Source: Methanomethylovorans hollandica DSM 15978
GTDB taxonomy: Archaea; Halobacteriota; Methanosarcinia; Methanosarcinales; Methanosarcinaceae
NCBI RefSeq assembly: GCF_000328665.1
Contig: NC_019977.1
Location: forward strand, 1,054,001-1,118,000
Direction of reading: 5' to 3'
DNA: 64,000 bases
Within the stretch, counting starts at the first letter, position 1. Every line of letters begins with the position of its first letter. The position numbers and the translations under genes are program-made. Under the pieces are notes generated by a model, which ran no database searches, had not been told where the DNA came from, and worked only from the letters and a program-made list of their open reading frames with translations. Positions 50,458-60,658 of the stretch are shown here, in pieces.

Positions 50458-50599
50458 GAAAAACCTTCGTCTTCAATTAATAAGAATCTATCGCAATCAT
50501 ATCGATTTGCTCTACTGCAGGCTTTAAGAGATGTTTTCGGCATAATTTCATAGAAGGATTAAAATATAATTAAATATATTATTGTTTTGAGGTTTACTC

Positions 50600-51343
50600 A
50601 TGAGAATAGAAAGTGGGATAGATGGTCTGGATGAAATCATACAGGGAGGCCTTCTCTCTGAACGCGTTTATCTGTTAAGTGGGCCACCAGGAGGTGGCAA
50701 AACCACCTTTGGTGTGCAGTTCCTTGCAAAAGGCGCACTTCAGGGTGATGTGGGGTTGTATGTCACTCTGCTTGAATGTCCCCAGAACATCATAAGCGAC
50801 ATGTCCAATTACTCCCTTGATATCATACCATTAATAAAAGTGAAAAAACTATTGTTTGCAGATCTGGGACCCCGTATGGAATATGGGTACATTGATGAGC
50901 TGAAGGATATAATTCATCCTCATGAAGGGGTGGAAGGTTTTTCCAATGAGCACGAAGCTCCTTCACCTGCTACTGTATTTAAGGAACTGGCGGCATACGT
51001 TGCTGAATACAATATCAAAAGGTTGGTGATCGATTCCATGACAGCCATACGTTTTGCGACACAGGATCCGGCGCTGCAGGAAAAAGAGATGACCCGCTTT
51101 ATCAGGAATCTTAAAAAGCTGGGTTGTACCACTATACTCATAGGAGAGCTCACCGATCCGAATGCATATACTACCGAACAGTTCGCCTCTCATGGCGTGA
51201 TCTTTCTGCATAATTTCCTATATGCGAAGCAGATGACACGTGCCATTCAGATCATCAAGATGCGTGGTACAAAACATGACTGTAATATGCACAAGGTCCA
51301 ATTCACTGAACGCGGGCTTCAGGTAGAAGGACTGGTCCAATAA
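50600..51343 (+). CDS. KaiC-like (RAD55/GvpD family) single-domain ATPase
   Basis: SGIDGLDEIIQGGL, Walker A GPPGGGKT, YVTLLE, Walker B RLVIDS, RAIQIIKMRG. Confidence 0.9.
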   Translation: MRIESGIDGLDEIIQGGLLSERVYLLSGPPGGGKTTFGVQFLAKGALQGDVGLYVTLLECPQNIISDMSNYSLDIIPLIKVKKLLFADLGPRMEYGYIDELKDIIHPHEGVEGFSNEHEAPSPATVFKELAAYVAEYNIKRLVIDSMTAIRFATQDPALQEKEMTRFIRNLKKLGCTTILIGELTDPNAYTTEQFASHGVIFLHNFLYAKQMTRAIQIIKMRGTKHDCNMHKVQFTERGLQVEGLVQ

Positions 51344-51358
51344 GGATGTGGTCTTAAG

Positions 51359-51859
51359 GTGCGGTTCTTTAAGAAAGCGGAAACAAAAAGAAATCTCAGC
51401 GACTCGGAAAAAGCTGAACTTGAGCAAAGAGCTTATGACCTCGGATTAGAGGTCGGTTATCATAAGCACTCAGAGCTCGGTTGGGTGAGTGAGCGCTACA
51501 CTGCACTGGAATCAGTGGCAAAGGAAGCAGATCTCATGGAACTTGTCAGTGAAAATTATAAAAAAGGGAAGGAAACAGGGGCCAAGAGACGAGAGAGGGA
51601 CATGAAACTTGGTCTCAGCAAGAAAGAAAAGAATAAGGGAAAACATGCTTCTGACACGCTATATGGTTGTTACTCTCAAGAAAGGGATCGCATTCATTTA
51701 AGATCTGGTTTCACATCTTTTCAGGACAGCAATGCGCACCCCTACAGCATGCTACAGCATGCCGAGATAACTGAAATGCCTTCAATTACCGAGATCCCCA
51801 GAGCAGTGGAAAGACCTCAAATGATCAATGGTTTCAAACAGCTTGTTCCAAAGGAATGA
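51359..51859 (+). CDS. Hypothetical protein directly downstream of the KaiC-like ATPase
   Basis: 166-aa ORF starting 15 nt after the ATPase stop; AYDLGLEVGYHKHSELGWV motif, helical N-half, low-complexity Pro-containing tail. Confidence 0.7.
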   Translation: MRFFKKAETKRNLSDSEKAELEQRAYDLGLEVGYHKHSELGWVSERYTALESVAKEADLMELVSENYKKGKETGAKRRERDMKLGLSKKEKNKGKHASDTLYGCYSQERDRIHLRSGFTSFQDSNAHPYSMLQHAEITEMPSITEIPRAVERPQMINGFKQLVPKE

Positions 51860-52043
51860 AACCGTGCGATATGATATCACTTTGAGGAGTTGTACTATTA
51901 TATAATCTATCATTATATAAAAGTACGTGATTTATGTGAATAATAGCAACAGTAGGCATGAAAAGCATTCAATTTTATCTCTTACAAGATACTGCAAGCA
52001 TAATGAACGATATTACTCTTAGATCGAATGTACAGGAATATCC

Positions 52044-54377
52044 ATGATCTCGAAGAATACAGGTTCTGATGTAGTTCACAGTACCTCCGAAGACAATGAG
52101 ATCGATTTCTCTCTTGTTCCTTTTTCCATGGACTTTCATGATCCTGATCCGGGGATCTGGCATGCATACATGGATGCTGTTCCTTCCATGTTGCTTGTTC
52201 TTGACACTAACCAGGTCGTCTCTTTTGTGAGCGAACATTTTTGTAAGGGCCTGCACTACACAAAACAGGAGATCATTGGTCATATATGGTATGAAATACT
52301 GATAGCTCCCGGAAAGAGATATGAAGCCAGAAAAACATATGCCAAACCGGCTGAATATGTAATAGATGATCATGGTGTTGAATTACCAATAATGGATAAG
52401 CATGGACAGGAACTTCCTGCGATCCTTAGGGTCGGATACATTCAGGACAGGAACGGAAATATTACCGGGATCATAGCACAAATAGAAATGGTCAATTCTG
52501 CATACGATAAATATTCTGTATGCTCTGCTGCTGATAAGTATCGTGTGCTTGTGGAAAATTCGGCGGATATGATCGTGGCAACGGATACGGCGGGTGTGGT
52601 CATTTATATAAGTCCTTCCATTGTTACATATGGCTTCATTCCTGAAGAGGTGATCCTCAAGGAGCTGTCAGATCTATTTTTTTTTGAGGACCAGAGCAAG
52701 ATCATTCACTCTCTGTCGATCACCCTTAATAAATCCGGGCAGACCCGGGTACAAGGCCGCCTTAAAGACCCGAATGGAAAAATATATTGGGTGGAATTGT
52801 ATGCACAAGCATTATTAGATAACGATTATCATGTTAAAGGGATAACTGGTACCATAAGGGACATTGCCGACAGGAAAGCTGATCTTAATGCTCTGGAGAT
52901 GACCACTGACATGTTCATCTCTCAGGCACGCTCAGCTTCTGAAGTGATCATTTTTTCAGATTCTAAAGGCACTATTTTATTCTGGAACAGGGGTGCTGAG
53001 AACCTCTTCTTCTATACGGCTGAAGAAGCATTGGGCAAACATATTTCCATGATCATGCCTCAAAGATATTGGCATATACATCAGGGATGGGATATTGTTG
53101 TTTCAACAGGCCGTTCCTGGGCAATGGGAAACATCATCGAACTTTACGGTCTGAAAAGAGACGGAACAGAATTTCCTATCGAGATCTCGCACTCCTCATG
53201 GAAGAAAGATGGAGCTTCCTTTTTTAGTGTAACTATCAGGGATATCACACAGCGAGTTCTTAATGAGAAAGAAATGCGGGAAGCTAAGGACAAATATCGT
53301 ATGATATTTGAGAAATCACCTCTGGGTATAATCCATTTAGATAACTCTGGGGTGATCACTCAATGCAATAAGAGCTTTGTGGATATAGTAGGTGTGGAAG
53401 AAGCAAATGTAATTGGTAATATAATTGGTCTTAACCTGATCAATTCTGATGCAAGTGAGGAGATCAAAAGATGCATCACAACAGTGCTCTCAGGAAAAAC
53501 CGATGATTTCTCAGGTACTTCCTTTTCATTTATGGGTGTAAGAGATACTCCTATAAGGGCCAGCTTTGTTCCTGTGGTCACTGAAGATAAAGCTGTTGCT
53601 GGCGGCATTTGTATAGTGGAGGACATAACTGAAAGCGAGAAGGCAAGGGAGGCACTGATACACGCAAAGAACGTAGCTGAAGAAGCTAGCAGAACAAAGA
53701 GTGAATTCCTTTCTAATGCTACACATGAACTAAGAACGCCTCTGAATGCTATCATGGGATTCTCTGACCTGTTGCAGGAAAGCATCGAGGATAAGCTGAA
53801 CGAGGACCAGCGTAAATACCTCACTAATATAATATCAGGGGGTAAAGACCTGCTTGATGTTGTAAACAACATTCTTGATATATCTAACATAGAAACCGGA
53901 AAAACAAGTCTTGAGCTTGAGAAAATCGATATGCCAGTTCTCATACAGGATGTTGTCACTGAAATGTCTTTTTTTGCTTCTAAAAGGAACATTGCACTGC
54001 AAACGGAACTTGATCCTCAGATAGGGCTGATCCGGGCTGACAGAAACAAATTACATCAGATACTTACCAATCTGGTAAGCAATGCCATCAAGTTCGGTAA
54101 AGAAGGAGGGTTCGTACAGCTAAGGGTCAGGCAAATATATGGCATGCTGCATGTCGAGGTCATAGATAATGGTATAGGTATCATTATCGATGATCAGCAG
54201 ATGTTGTTCAAGCCATTTACGCAGTTGGACTCATCCTCAACACGTAAATATAAAGGAAATGGTATTGGACTTTATATTGTTAAGCAGTTTGTAAATCTGC
54301 ATGGCGGAAGCGTATGGGTGGAAAGTGAAATCAGAAAGGGCAGTACTTTTACGTTTACCATTTCCCTGGATCTTTAG
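52044..54377 (+). CDS. Multi-PAS sensor histidine kinase
   Basis: About four PAS/PAC segments; H-box FLSNATHELRTPLN; NLVSNAIKF, DNGIGI, FKPFTQLD, GNGIGLYIV, GSTFTF. Confidence 0.93.
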   Translation: MISKNTGSDVVHSTSEDNEIDFSLVPFSMDFHDPDPGIWHAYMDAVPSMLLVLDTNQVVSFVSEHFCKGLHYTKQEIIGHIWYEILIAPGKRYEARKTYAKPAEYVIDDHGVELPIMDKHGQELPAILRVGYIQDRNGNITGIIAQIEMVNSAYDKYSVCSAADKYRVLVENSADMIVATDTAGVVIYISPSIVTYGFIPEEVILKELSDLFFFEDQSKIIHSLSITLNKSGQTRVQGRLKDPNGKIYWVELYAQALLDNDYHVKGITGTIRDIADRKADLNALEMTTDMFISQARSASEVIIFSDSKGTILFWNRGAENLFFYTAEEALGKHISMIMPQRYWHIHQGWDIVVSTGRSWAMGNIIELYGLKRDGTEFPIEISHSSWKKDGASFFSVTIRDITQRVLNEKEMREAKDKYRMIFEKSPLGIIHLDNSGVITQCNKSFVDIVGVEEANVIGNIIGLNLINSDASEEIKRCITTVLSGKTDDFSGTSFSFMGVRDTPIRASFVPVVTEDKAVAGGICIVEDITESEKAREALIHAKNVAEEASRTKSEFLSNATHELRTPLNAIMGFSDLLQESIEDKLNEDQRKYLTNIISGGKDLLDVVNNILDISNIETGKTSLELEKIDMPVLIQDVVTEMSFFASKRNIALQTELDPQIGLIRADRNKLHQILTNLVSNAIKFGKEGGFVQLRVRQIYGMLHVEVIDNGIGIIIDDQQMLFKPFTQLDSSSTRKYKGNGIGLYIVKQFVNLHGGSVWVESEIRKGSTFTFTISLDL

Positions 54378-54434
54378 TTGCTGTATGATTTTTAATAGCT
54401 ATGTTCAGATTTTCACGAAAGGGTCAGAACTGAT

Positions 54435-55691
54435 ATGGATCACAGATCTATGTTGTTTGCTGTAGTAATGGTGATATGCCTTATACTGCTGCAGCAGCCT
54501 GTAAGTGCAAAAGGTGCTGGGGATACGGAATGGCTTACTCCCTCAAACGTCACTCTCTATTGGGGTGAGCAGGTCCTGATAGGCGGATACACTATTACTG
54601 CACAGGATTTTTCACCTTCAAAGCCTGTAGACCTTCCGGACGATTATGTGATGCTCAATGTCAAAAGTAATACTTCGCGTTCATGGGGTGCCATTCTTGC
54701 TCTTAATAATTCTATCATTCCTAACGAAACGATACTCGACGGATCTATCAGATTAACTGCTAATAAAATTATAACAGGCCGTGATATACCTACTCCCTAT
54801 GCCACTATAGAAGTTGCCCTTGCAAATATTCCATCCGTCAGTAAGCAAATACCCTGGATTAACAGTGTAGTTAGGGTAAAAAGGCTCCCTGTAAATGAAG
54901 CATACATCGATGAACGTGTAAATATATTGATCGAGGTGATAAGTCAAAAGGATATGTCCCTGGAGAATATCCGCATTAATGAGACAGTACCTGCCGGGTT
55001 CATAACCGATCCGGATATTGAGGGTACCTGCTGGACCATCAGTCTGAGCCCAGGAGAAAAACGATCTCTATCTTACTCCATACGTGCTTTAAGGCCAGGG
55101 ACTTTCCTGATACCTGGTATGCAAATGTTCTTTGACCATAATGGTGTAACCCACCACTTGCAAACCAATGCAAGCGAAATTGTGATACATGGTCCCTATA
55201 TAGATGTGAACAAGTCTTTTATTTATCAGGATATGAGGACAGATGGTCTTTTAAATGTCACTCTCAGGGTCAGTAACACTGGAGACCGGGCTGCTTATGT
55301 ACAGCTTACTGACCAGATACCTCAAAACTGCCAGCTGATAAGCGGCAACCTGAGCAAAAGCCAGGTCATGCAGCCATCGGATATATGGGTGCTTGAATAT
55401 TCAGTACTTGTAGGCTCCGGAGAAAATATTGTGATACCAGGTGCAAAAGTGAGGTTTGTAGACTCCAGGGAATATGGAGATGCATTTGAGTCTGCAAGCT
55501 TTTTATTCAGAATTCAGGAAAATATAGTGGAAAAGACTGAAACCGAAGAAGATATGTCCCTGGCGGAAACACCTGTTAAAACAGAGGCTGAAACCCAGGA
55601 GAATATGGTCACTGAAAAAATAAATTCTGTAAGCAGTCTTAAGCGCTGTCTGATTAACCTGATCGAAAGGGCTATAGGCTGGAGATCATAG
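54435..55691 (+). CDS. Secreted Ig-like (BatD/DUF11-like) surface protein
   Basis: Signal peptide; INETVPAGF, LSPGEKRSLSY, VIHGPYIDVNK, VSNTGDRAAYVQLTDQIP; acidic/Thr tail. Confidence 0.65.
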   Translation: MDHRSMLFAVVMVICLILLQQPVSAKGAGDTEWLTPSNVTLYWGEQVLIGGYTITAQDFSPSKPVDLPDDYVMLNVKSNTSRSWGAILALNNSIIPNETILDGSIRLTANKIITGRDIPTPYATIEVALANIPSVSKQIPWINSVVRVKRLPVNEAYIDERVNILIEVISQKDMSLENIRINETVPAGFITDPDIEGTCWTISLSPGEKRSLSYSIRALRPGTFLIPGMQMFFDHNGVTHHLQTNASEIVIHGPYIDVNKSFIYQDMRTDGLLNVTLRVSNTGDRAAYVQLTDQIPQNCQLISGNLSKSQVMQPSDIWVLEYSVLVGSGENIVIPGAKVRFVDSREYGDAFESASFLFRIQENIVEKTETEEDMSLAETPVKTEAETQENMVTEKINSVSSLKRCLINLIERAIGWRS

Positions 55692-55737
55692 TGGAGGACA
55701 GGAAACATTTTAAATACATGCCAGACCAACTTTTATT

Positions 55738-56751
55738 ATGAGAGCTTTTGGAAAGGACCGTCTAACTGAAACTTTTATTTTCACTCATGGGGATTCTGAC
55801 GGCATCTGTTCCGGTGCCATCGCAAAGAGTGCCTATCCGGACTCACATATATATTTCACAAGCCCTGTAAGCCTGTTACAAAAACTGGAGCTGGGGAAAG
55901 GGTACAAGCGTGTGATCATTTGTGATATTGCTATTGATGAACGTACCAGCGCACAGCTTCTTCAAAAGCTTAAAGATTTATCCCGGGAAAGTGAACTGAT
56001 CTATATCGATCACCATCCTGTACCAAAGAACGGCTGGGATGAACCCTGGCTGCATAATGATCCATGTGTATGTTCCTCAGAGCTGACCTATAAAGTGCTT
56101 GCCCATCGTCTGAACAGGGATATGCGCAGAGTCGCTATTTATGGAGCTATAGGTGATTATGCAGATGATACCGATTCTGTAAAGGAGTGGTGTGAAGACT
56201 GGGATAAAAGGACCCTTTTCTTTGAGGCCGGTGCACTTGTCCAGGCGGTTATATATGCAGGTCGTGAATTCGATTTCAAGAGAGTGCTTATCGAATATCT
56301 TTCAAAGGATCGCCTTCCTTCAACTATTCCTGATGTACTTGATTTTGCAAAACAATGCTCTGATCTGGAAGAGCAGTTGAGGCTAAGGATCAAAGAGCAG
56401 GTTAAGAGCTTACAGAACATAGCCTATGTTATTGACCCCAAAGGTTACAAGTCCAAATCAGCTATATACGCTGCAGCTTACGGTCAGCGAAAAATTGGAA
56501 TCTCTGCCGAATACAGGCAGACAAAGCATTCCTATGATATGAGCTTCCGTTCACGTAGTCCTGTTGATCTTAATCTTATCTTGCGGGATGTAGCTCCCCG
56601 ATATGAGGGGACTGGCGGTGGTCTTGCGGAAGCAGCTGGTGCAAGGATACCAGTGGCTAATTTTCCAGCCTTCCTGAAAGACCTTGATATGCGCATAGGC
56701 GAAGAAGAGAAGAAGCTGAAAGAAGAACATATTATAGATAAGTGCCATTAA
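55738..56751 (+). CDS. DHH/DHHA1 phosphoesterase (RecJ/NrnA-like)
   Basis: HGDSDG, IICD, YIDHH, GAIGDY, MSFRS, GGGLAEAAG. Confidence 0.88.
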   Translation: MRAFGKDRLTETFIFTHGDSDGICSGAIAKSAYPDSHIYFTSPVSLLQKLELGKGYKRVIICDIAIDERTSAQLLQKLKDLSRESELIYIDHHPVPKNGWDEPWLHNDPCVCSSELTYKVLAHRLNRDMRRVAIYGAIGDYADDTDSVKEWCEDWDKRTLFFEAGALVQAVIYAGREFDFKRVLIEYLSKDRLPSTIPDVLDFAKQCSDLEEQLRLRIKEQVKSLQNIAYVIDPKGYKSKSAIYAAAYGQRKIGISAEYRQTKHSYDMSFRSRSPVDLNLILRDVAPRYEGTGGGLAEAAGARIPVANFPAFLKDLDMRIGEEEKKLKEEHIIDKCH

Positions 56752-56766
56752 GCAACCGGAGATAAT

Positions 56767-57396
56767 ATGAAAAATAAACCGGACCTTGCTTATGGTGCTG
56801 AATTTGAGATATTATTTGTGGGCAGGTCTAATGTTGGAAAATCCTCTGTCATTCGCAAACTGACAGGCAGTAAAGTAAGAGTGGGCAAAAGGCCCGGTGT
56901 GACCCTGAAACCTACGCATGTAAGATTAGGTGATCTGCTGGTTACGGATATGCCTGGTTTTGGTTTCATGCACGGTGTCAAGGAACGTAAGCAGGACATC
57001 GTCAAAGATCAGATAGTACATTATATAGAGGATAATGCAGAAAGGATCGATCTTGCTGTATTGGTGGTTGATGGCTCTTCTTTTCTGGACATAGTTACCA
57101 GGTGGGAAGAAAGGAATGAAATTCCTGTAGATATTGAATTGTTCAAGTTCCTGAATGAGATGGAGATCCCTGTCATTTTGGCTATCAATAAAGTGGACAA
57201 GATCGAAGAAGCTATGGTTGACCATGTGCTTGATGCTATTGTGGAGAAACTTGGCCTGCCCTCACCTTGGAATATGTGGCAGGAAGTTGTGGTACCTGTA
57301 AGTGCCAAAGAGAACGACCTTAAGAAACTTGTGTCGTGTATCCGGCAACGCATGCATCTTGCAAAAAGGGATGATCTTTTCAGATATGTGCACTGA
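56767..57396 (+). CDS. engB: GTP-binding protein EngB
   Basis: GRSNVGKSS, GKRPGVT, DMPGFGF, NKVDK, VSAK. Confidence 0.93.
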   Translation: MKNKPDLAYGAEFEILFVGRSNVGKSSVIRKLTGSKVRVGKRPGVTLKPTHVRLGDLLVTDMPGFGFMHGVKERKQDIVKDQIVHYIEDNAERIDLAVLVVDGSSFLDIVTRWEERNEIPVDIELFKFLNEMEIPVILAINKVDKIEEAMVDHVLDAIVEKLGLPSPWNMWQEVVVPVSAKENDLKKLVSCIRQRMHLAKRDDLFRYVH

Positions 57397-57769
57397 TATT
57401 AGAAAATTTCAATAAATCTGTATTATATATGTAACCGGTAAATTATAGATGTTGATTGTCCGACCAAATACATATATAATTTAAATAATATAATCTAATG
57501 TAATCTTATACTTATGGCAGAGTGCTGAAGTGTGCATTTTGAAATAATGTCTTAAATATCTATGAATGGGATGAAGCTCAATATCAGCGTGTTTCTATCT
57601 TGAGTCTGAGAAAGATCTTTATATCCGTTTCAATATAATTTACGTACAATATTTAAGGAAAAAGATAAAGAAGCAAAAGTTATTATTGCTATCTCCGATA
57701 ATATGTCTCGAGGAACTACGCAAGAAAATAAGGCCAGTGTCATGAATTATGGGAAACTGACACAAAGCA

Positions 57770-57812
57770 GTGTATATATATATATACATATTTATATATG
57801 TGTGTGTATACA
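57770..57812. repeat. Alternating purine-pyrimidine (TA/TG) microsatellite-like tract
   Basis: gtgtatatatatatatacatatttatatatgtgtgtgtataca; includes the perfect palindrome TGTATATATATATATACA (57771-57788). Confidence 0.8.
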
Positions 57813-57951
57813 ACAGTCGTCACATGTCCTGAACTTCTAAGAGCCATAAAGATGTAGGAATTTCTGATGAAGCATCTGATCTCACAATTTGTAATAATTA
57901 TCAGTAAGGTGAGAACAGGTGATAGCACAGTAACTGGTATCATGATCTATA

Positions 57952-58078
57952 TGGTCCCCGACGGGACCAGGCAACTTTAATATTCTGGCAGATGCAGGAT
58001 CGATGCAATTCCTGCTCTAAGACGCTCTTGTCATCTGTACGGAAAAAGAGACCGGGGTTTTGCTTTCAAAACCGGTTT
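57952..58078 (+). other. Cluster of predicted stem-loops upstream of glgP (candidate structured leader or sRNA)
   Basis: TGGTCCC/GGGACCA; CAGATG/CATCTG enclosing CAGGA/TCCTG; ACC..GGTTTTG-cttt-CAAAACC-GGT. Confidence 0.35.
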
Positions 58079-58124
58079 ACCCAATTTACTTAATAATCAA
58101 AATTGATACAATAACGAGGGAAAT

Positions 58125-59834
58125 ATGCAGCAATTAATGAGCGACCAAAGATCAATAGCCTATTTTTCAATGGAGATAGGGATTGATGAACAAATCCACA
58201 CTTATAGCGGTGGCCTGGGGATACTGGCCGGTGACACTATACGCTCATCGGCTGATCTGAAGGTGCCACTGGTTGCGGTAACTCTTCTTTATCGCAAAGG
58301 GTACTTCCGTCAGAAGATCGAAGCAGATGGATGGCAGCGGGAAGAAACGGCAGCTTGGGACGTTGAAGGCATTCTGGAGGAAATGCCTCAGAGAACTATT
58401 CTCATGCTGGAAGGAAGAACTATCCATTTAAGGGCCTGGAAATATGAGGTCAAAGGAGTTACCGGCTTTACAGTACCTATCTATTTCCTTGATACTGATA
58501 TGCCTGAGAACCATGAATGGGATAGGACCCTGACACATCATCTATATGGTGGGGATGAACACTACAGGCTTTGTCAGGAAGCTATCCTTGGTATAGGGGG
58601 TATCAGAATGCTCCGAGCTCTCGGCCATCAAAATATTCAGAGTTTCCATATGAACGAGGGACATGCAGCACTCCTGACACTTGAGCTGCTGGATGAACAT
58701 ACAAAAAAGGATGGCAGAGCATATTTGATCGAAGATGACAGAAAAGCTGTGAGAAGTAGATGTGTATTCACGACTCACACTCTTGTTCCTGCCGGTCATG
58801 ATAAATTCCCTCTAGATGTGGTACGCAGGGTGCTTGGGCAAAGGGAGGATTTCTTTGCCTTGGAAGGTGTCATTCACGATGATTTTCTTAACATGACCCG
58901 TCTGGCCCTTAACCTTAGCCGTTATGTTAATGGAGTTGCAAGAAAACACGGGGAAGCCACAAGGCTTATGTTCACAGGATATTCCATCAATTCCATTACT
59001 AATGGAGTCCATGCTGCTACTTGGGTTTCAGAACCTTTTCAAAAACTTTTTGATAAATACATTCATATCTGGAAACAGGATAATTTCAGCCTGCGCTATG
59101 CATTAAGCATTCCAAAGCAGGAGATATGGGATGCCCATATGGAGGCAAAAAAGAAATTGCTCGATCTTGTCAACAAGCAATCAGGTGTGCAGATGGATGA
59201 GAATATACTTACCATAGGCTTTGCAAGACGGGCTGCGACATATAAACGAGCTGATCTCCTGTTCCACGATGTAGAAAGATTAAAAAGAATATCTTCACAG
59301 GTTGGAAAGATACAGGTCATATATGCCGGCAAGGCGCATCCCAGGGACTATGAGGCCAAGAAGCTCATCCAGCGTATATTCCAGGCTAAACAAAATCTTA
59401 ATGGAGACATTAAACTTGTGTATCTTGAAGATTACAACATGACCCTCGGTGCAATGATGACTGCCGGAGTTGATATCTGGCTGAATACTCCTGAACCGCC
59501 TATGGAAGCTTCTGGAACCAGTGGAATGAAAGCTGCTCTTAATGGTGTTCCCAATCTGAGCGTGCTGGACGGGTGGTGGATAGAAGGAAACATAGAAGGT
59601 GTGACAGGCTGGTCAATTGGGGAAGCGGTTATAGGGAATGGTGAAAACCGTGATCATTCCTTGGATGCAGCCTCCATGTACGATAAGCTGGAACATACGA
59701 TCGTTCCTATGTTCTATAACAATAGGGACCAATTCATCAGTATGATGTCACATTCCATTGCTATCAATGGTTCATTCTTCAATACCCATAGAATGATGCA
59801 GGAATATGTGCTTAACGCCTATTTCTTATGCTAA
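58125..59834 (+). CDS. glgP: Alpha-glucan (glycogen) phosphorylase
   Basis: [57 protein letters not shown] (PLP Lys), LDGWW. Confidence 0.95.
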   Translation: MQQLMSDQRSIAYFSMEIGIDEQIHTYSGGLGILAGDTIRSSADLKVPLVAVTLLYRKGYFRQKIEADGWQREETAAWDVEGILEEMPQRTILMLEGRTIHLRAWKYEVKGVTGFTVPIYFLDTDMPENHEWDRTLTHHLYGGDEHYRLCQEAILGIGGIRMLRALGHQNIQSFHMNEGHAALLTLELLDEHTKKDGRAYLIEDDRKAVRSRCVFTTHTLVPAGHDKFPLDVVRRVLGQREDFFALEGVIHDDFLNMTRLALNLSRYVNGVARKHGEATRLMFTGYSINSITNGVHAATWVSEPFQKLFDKYIHIWKQDNFSLRYALSIPKQEIWDAHMEAKKKLLDLVNKQSGVQMDENILTIGFARRAATYKRADLLFHDVERLKRISSQVGKIQVIYAGKAHPRDYEAKKLIQRIFQAKQNLNGDIKLVYLEDYNMTLGAMMTAGVDIWLNTPEPPMEASGTSGMKAALNGVPNLSVLDGWWIEGNIEGVTGWSIGEAVIGNGENRDHSLDAASMYDKLEHTIVPMFYNNRDQFISMMSHSIAINGSFFNTHRMMQEYVLNAYFLC

Positions 59835-59867
59835 GAAGCACGGAACGTTCAGCAGATACAAAACCAG

Positions 59868-59896
59868 AAAGACAAATGACCTTTCATTTGTCTTTT
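59868..59896 (+). terminator. 12-bp perfect hairpin after glgP
   Basis: AAAGACAAATGA-cctt-TCATTTGTCTTT, between glgP and the next gene. Confidence 0.55.
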
Positions 59897-59912
59897 ATCC
59901 ATCTGATATTCC

Positions 59913-60494
59913 ATGACTATATCCATTCTAACTAAAGAACTCTGGCGCAAAAGCATTCATCTTACATCTCTTTTTATAGTAGCAGTCTATGTTTACCTGG
60001 GAAAGCCGATAGTACTGGATATGCTCATCGTATATCTGGTCTTAATTTTGCTGATCGAACATTTCCGCCTCAGTCGTGGCATTAAAATTCCGTTTTTCGA
60101 TATATTGTATAGAGAAAAAGAAAGGTCATGTGTGGGAGGACATGTTTTTTTTGTCCTGGGTTCTATTGCTGCTATCGCAGCGTATAGCAAAGAAGTGGCT
60201 ATCACTTCAATACTTATGATAACTTTTGGGGATATGGTTGCTTCTCTTGTAGGCATCAAGGCGGGTAAAACCCCTCTTAAAGGGACAAACAAGTCTCTGG
60301 AAGGCAGCGTTGCTGAATTCTTTACAGATCTTATAATTGCTGGTGTATTGCTGCAAAGTTTTTCTGTGGCTTTTGTCATGGCTGCAGTTGCCACTTCAGC
60401 TGAAACATGGCTAACAGGGATAGATGATAATTTATCCATACCTGTATTATCTGGTTTTAGTGCAGAGCTCATGATGTTAATTATTTCAGTATAA
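59913..60494 (+). CDS. Dolichol/phytol kinase-like (CTP_transf_1) membrane protein
   Basis: ELWRKSIH, FGDMVASLVG, KSLEGS, IDDNLSIP. Confidence 0.85.
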   Translation: MTISILTKELWRKSIHLTSLFIVAVYVYLGKPIVLDMLIVYLVLILLIEHFRLSRGIKIPFFDILYREKERSCVGGHVFFVLGSIAAIAAYSKEVAITSILMITFGDMVASLVGIKAGKTPLKGTNKSLEGSVAEFFTDLIIAGVLLQSFSVAFVMAAVATSAETWLTGIDDNLSIPVLSGFSAELMMLIISV

Positions 60495-60658
60495 ATCTGT
60501 TCTGACAAAACCCGGTTTTTTAATAAAATGTCTACGCTCTAAATCAAATTAACTTTAGTTACACACAAGTTGTTTTTTTGAAAAGTTATAAATAGTGCCG
60601 TTGCATACTCTAATTATACACCATGATCTAATTAACTGAAAAAAAAAGAGGCTGGAAA

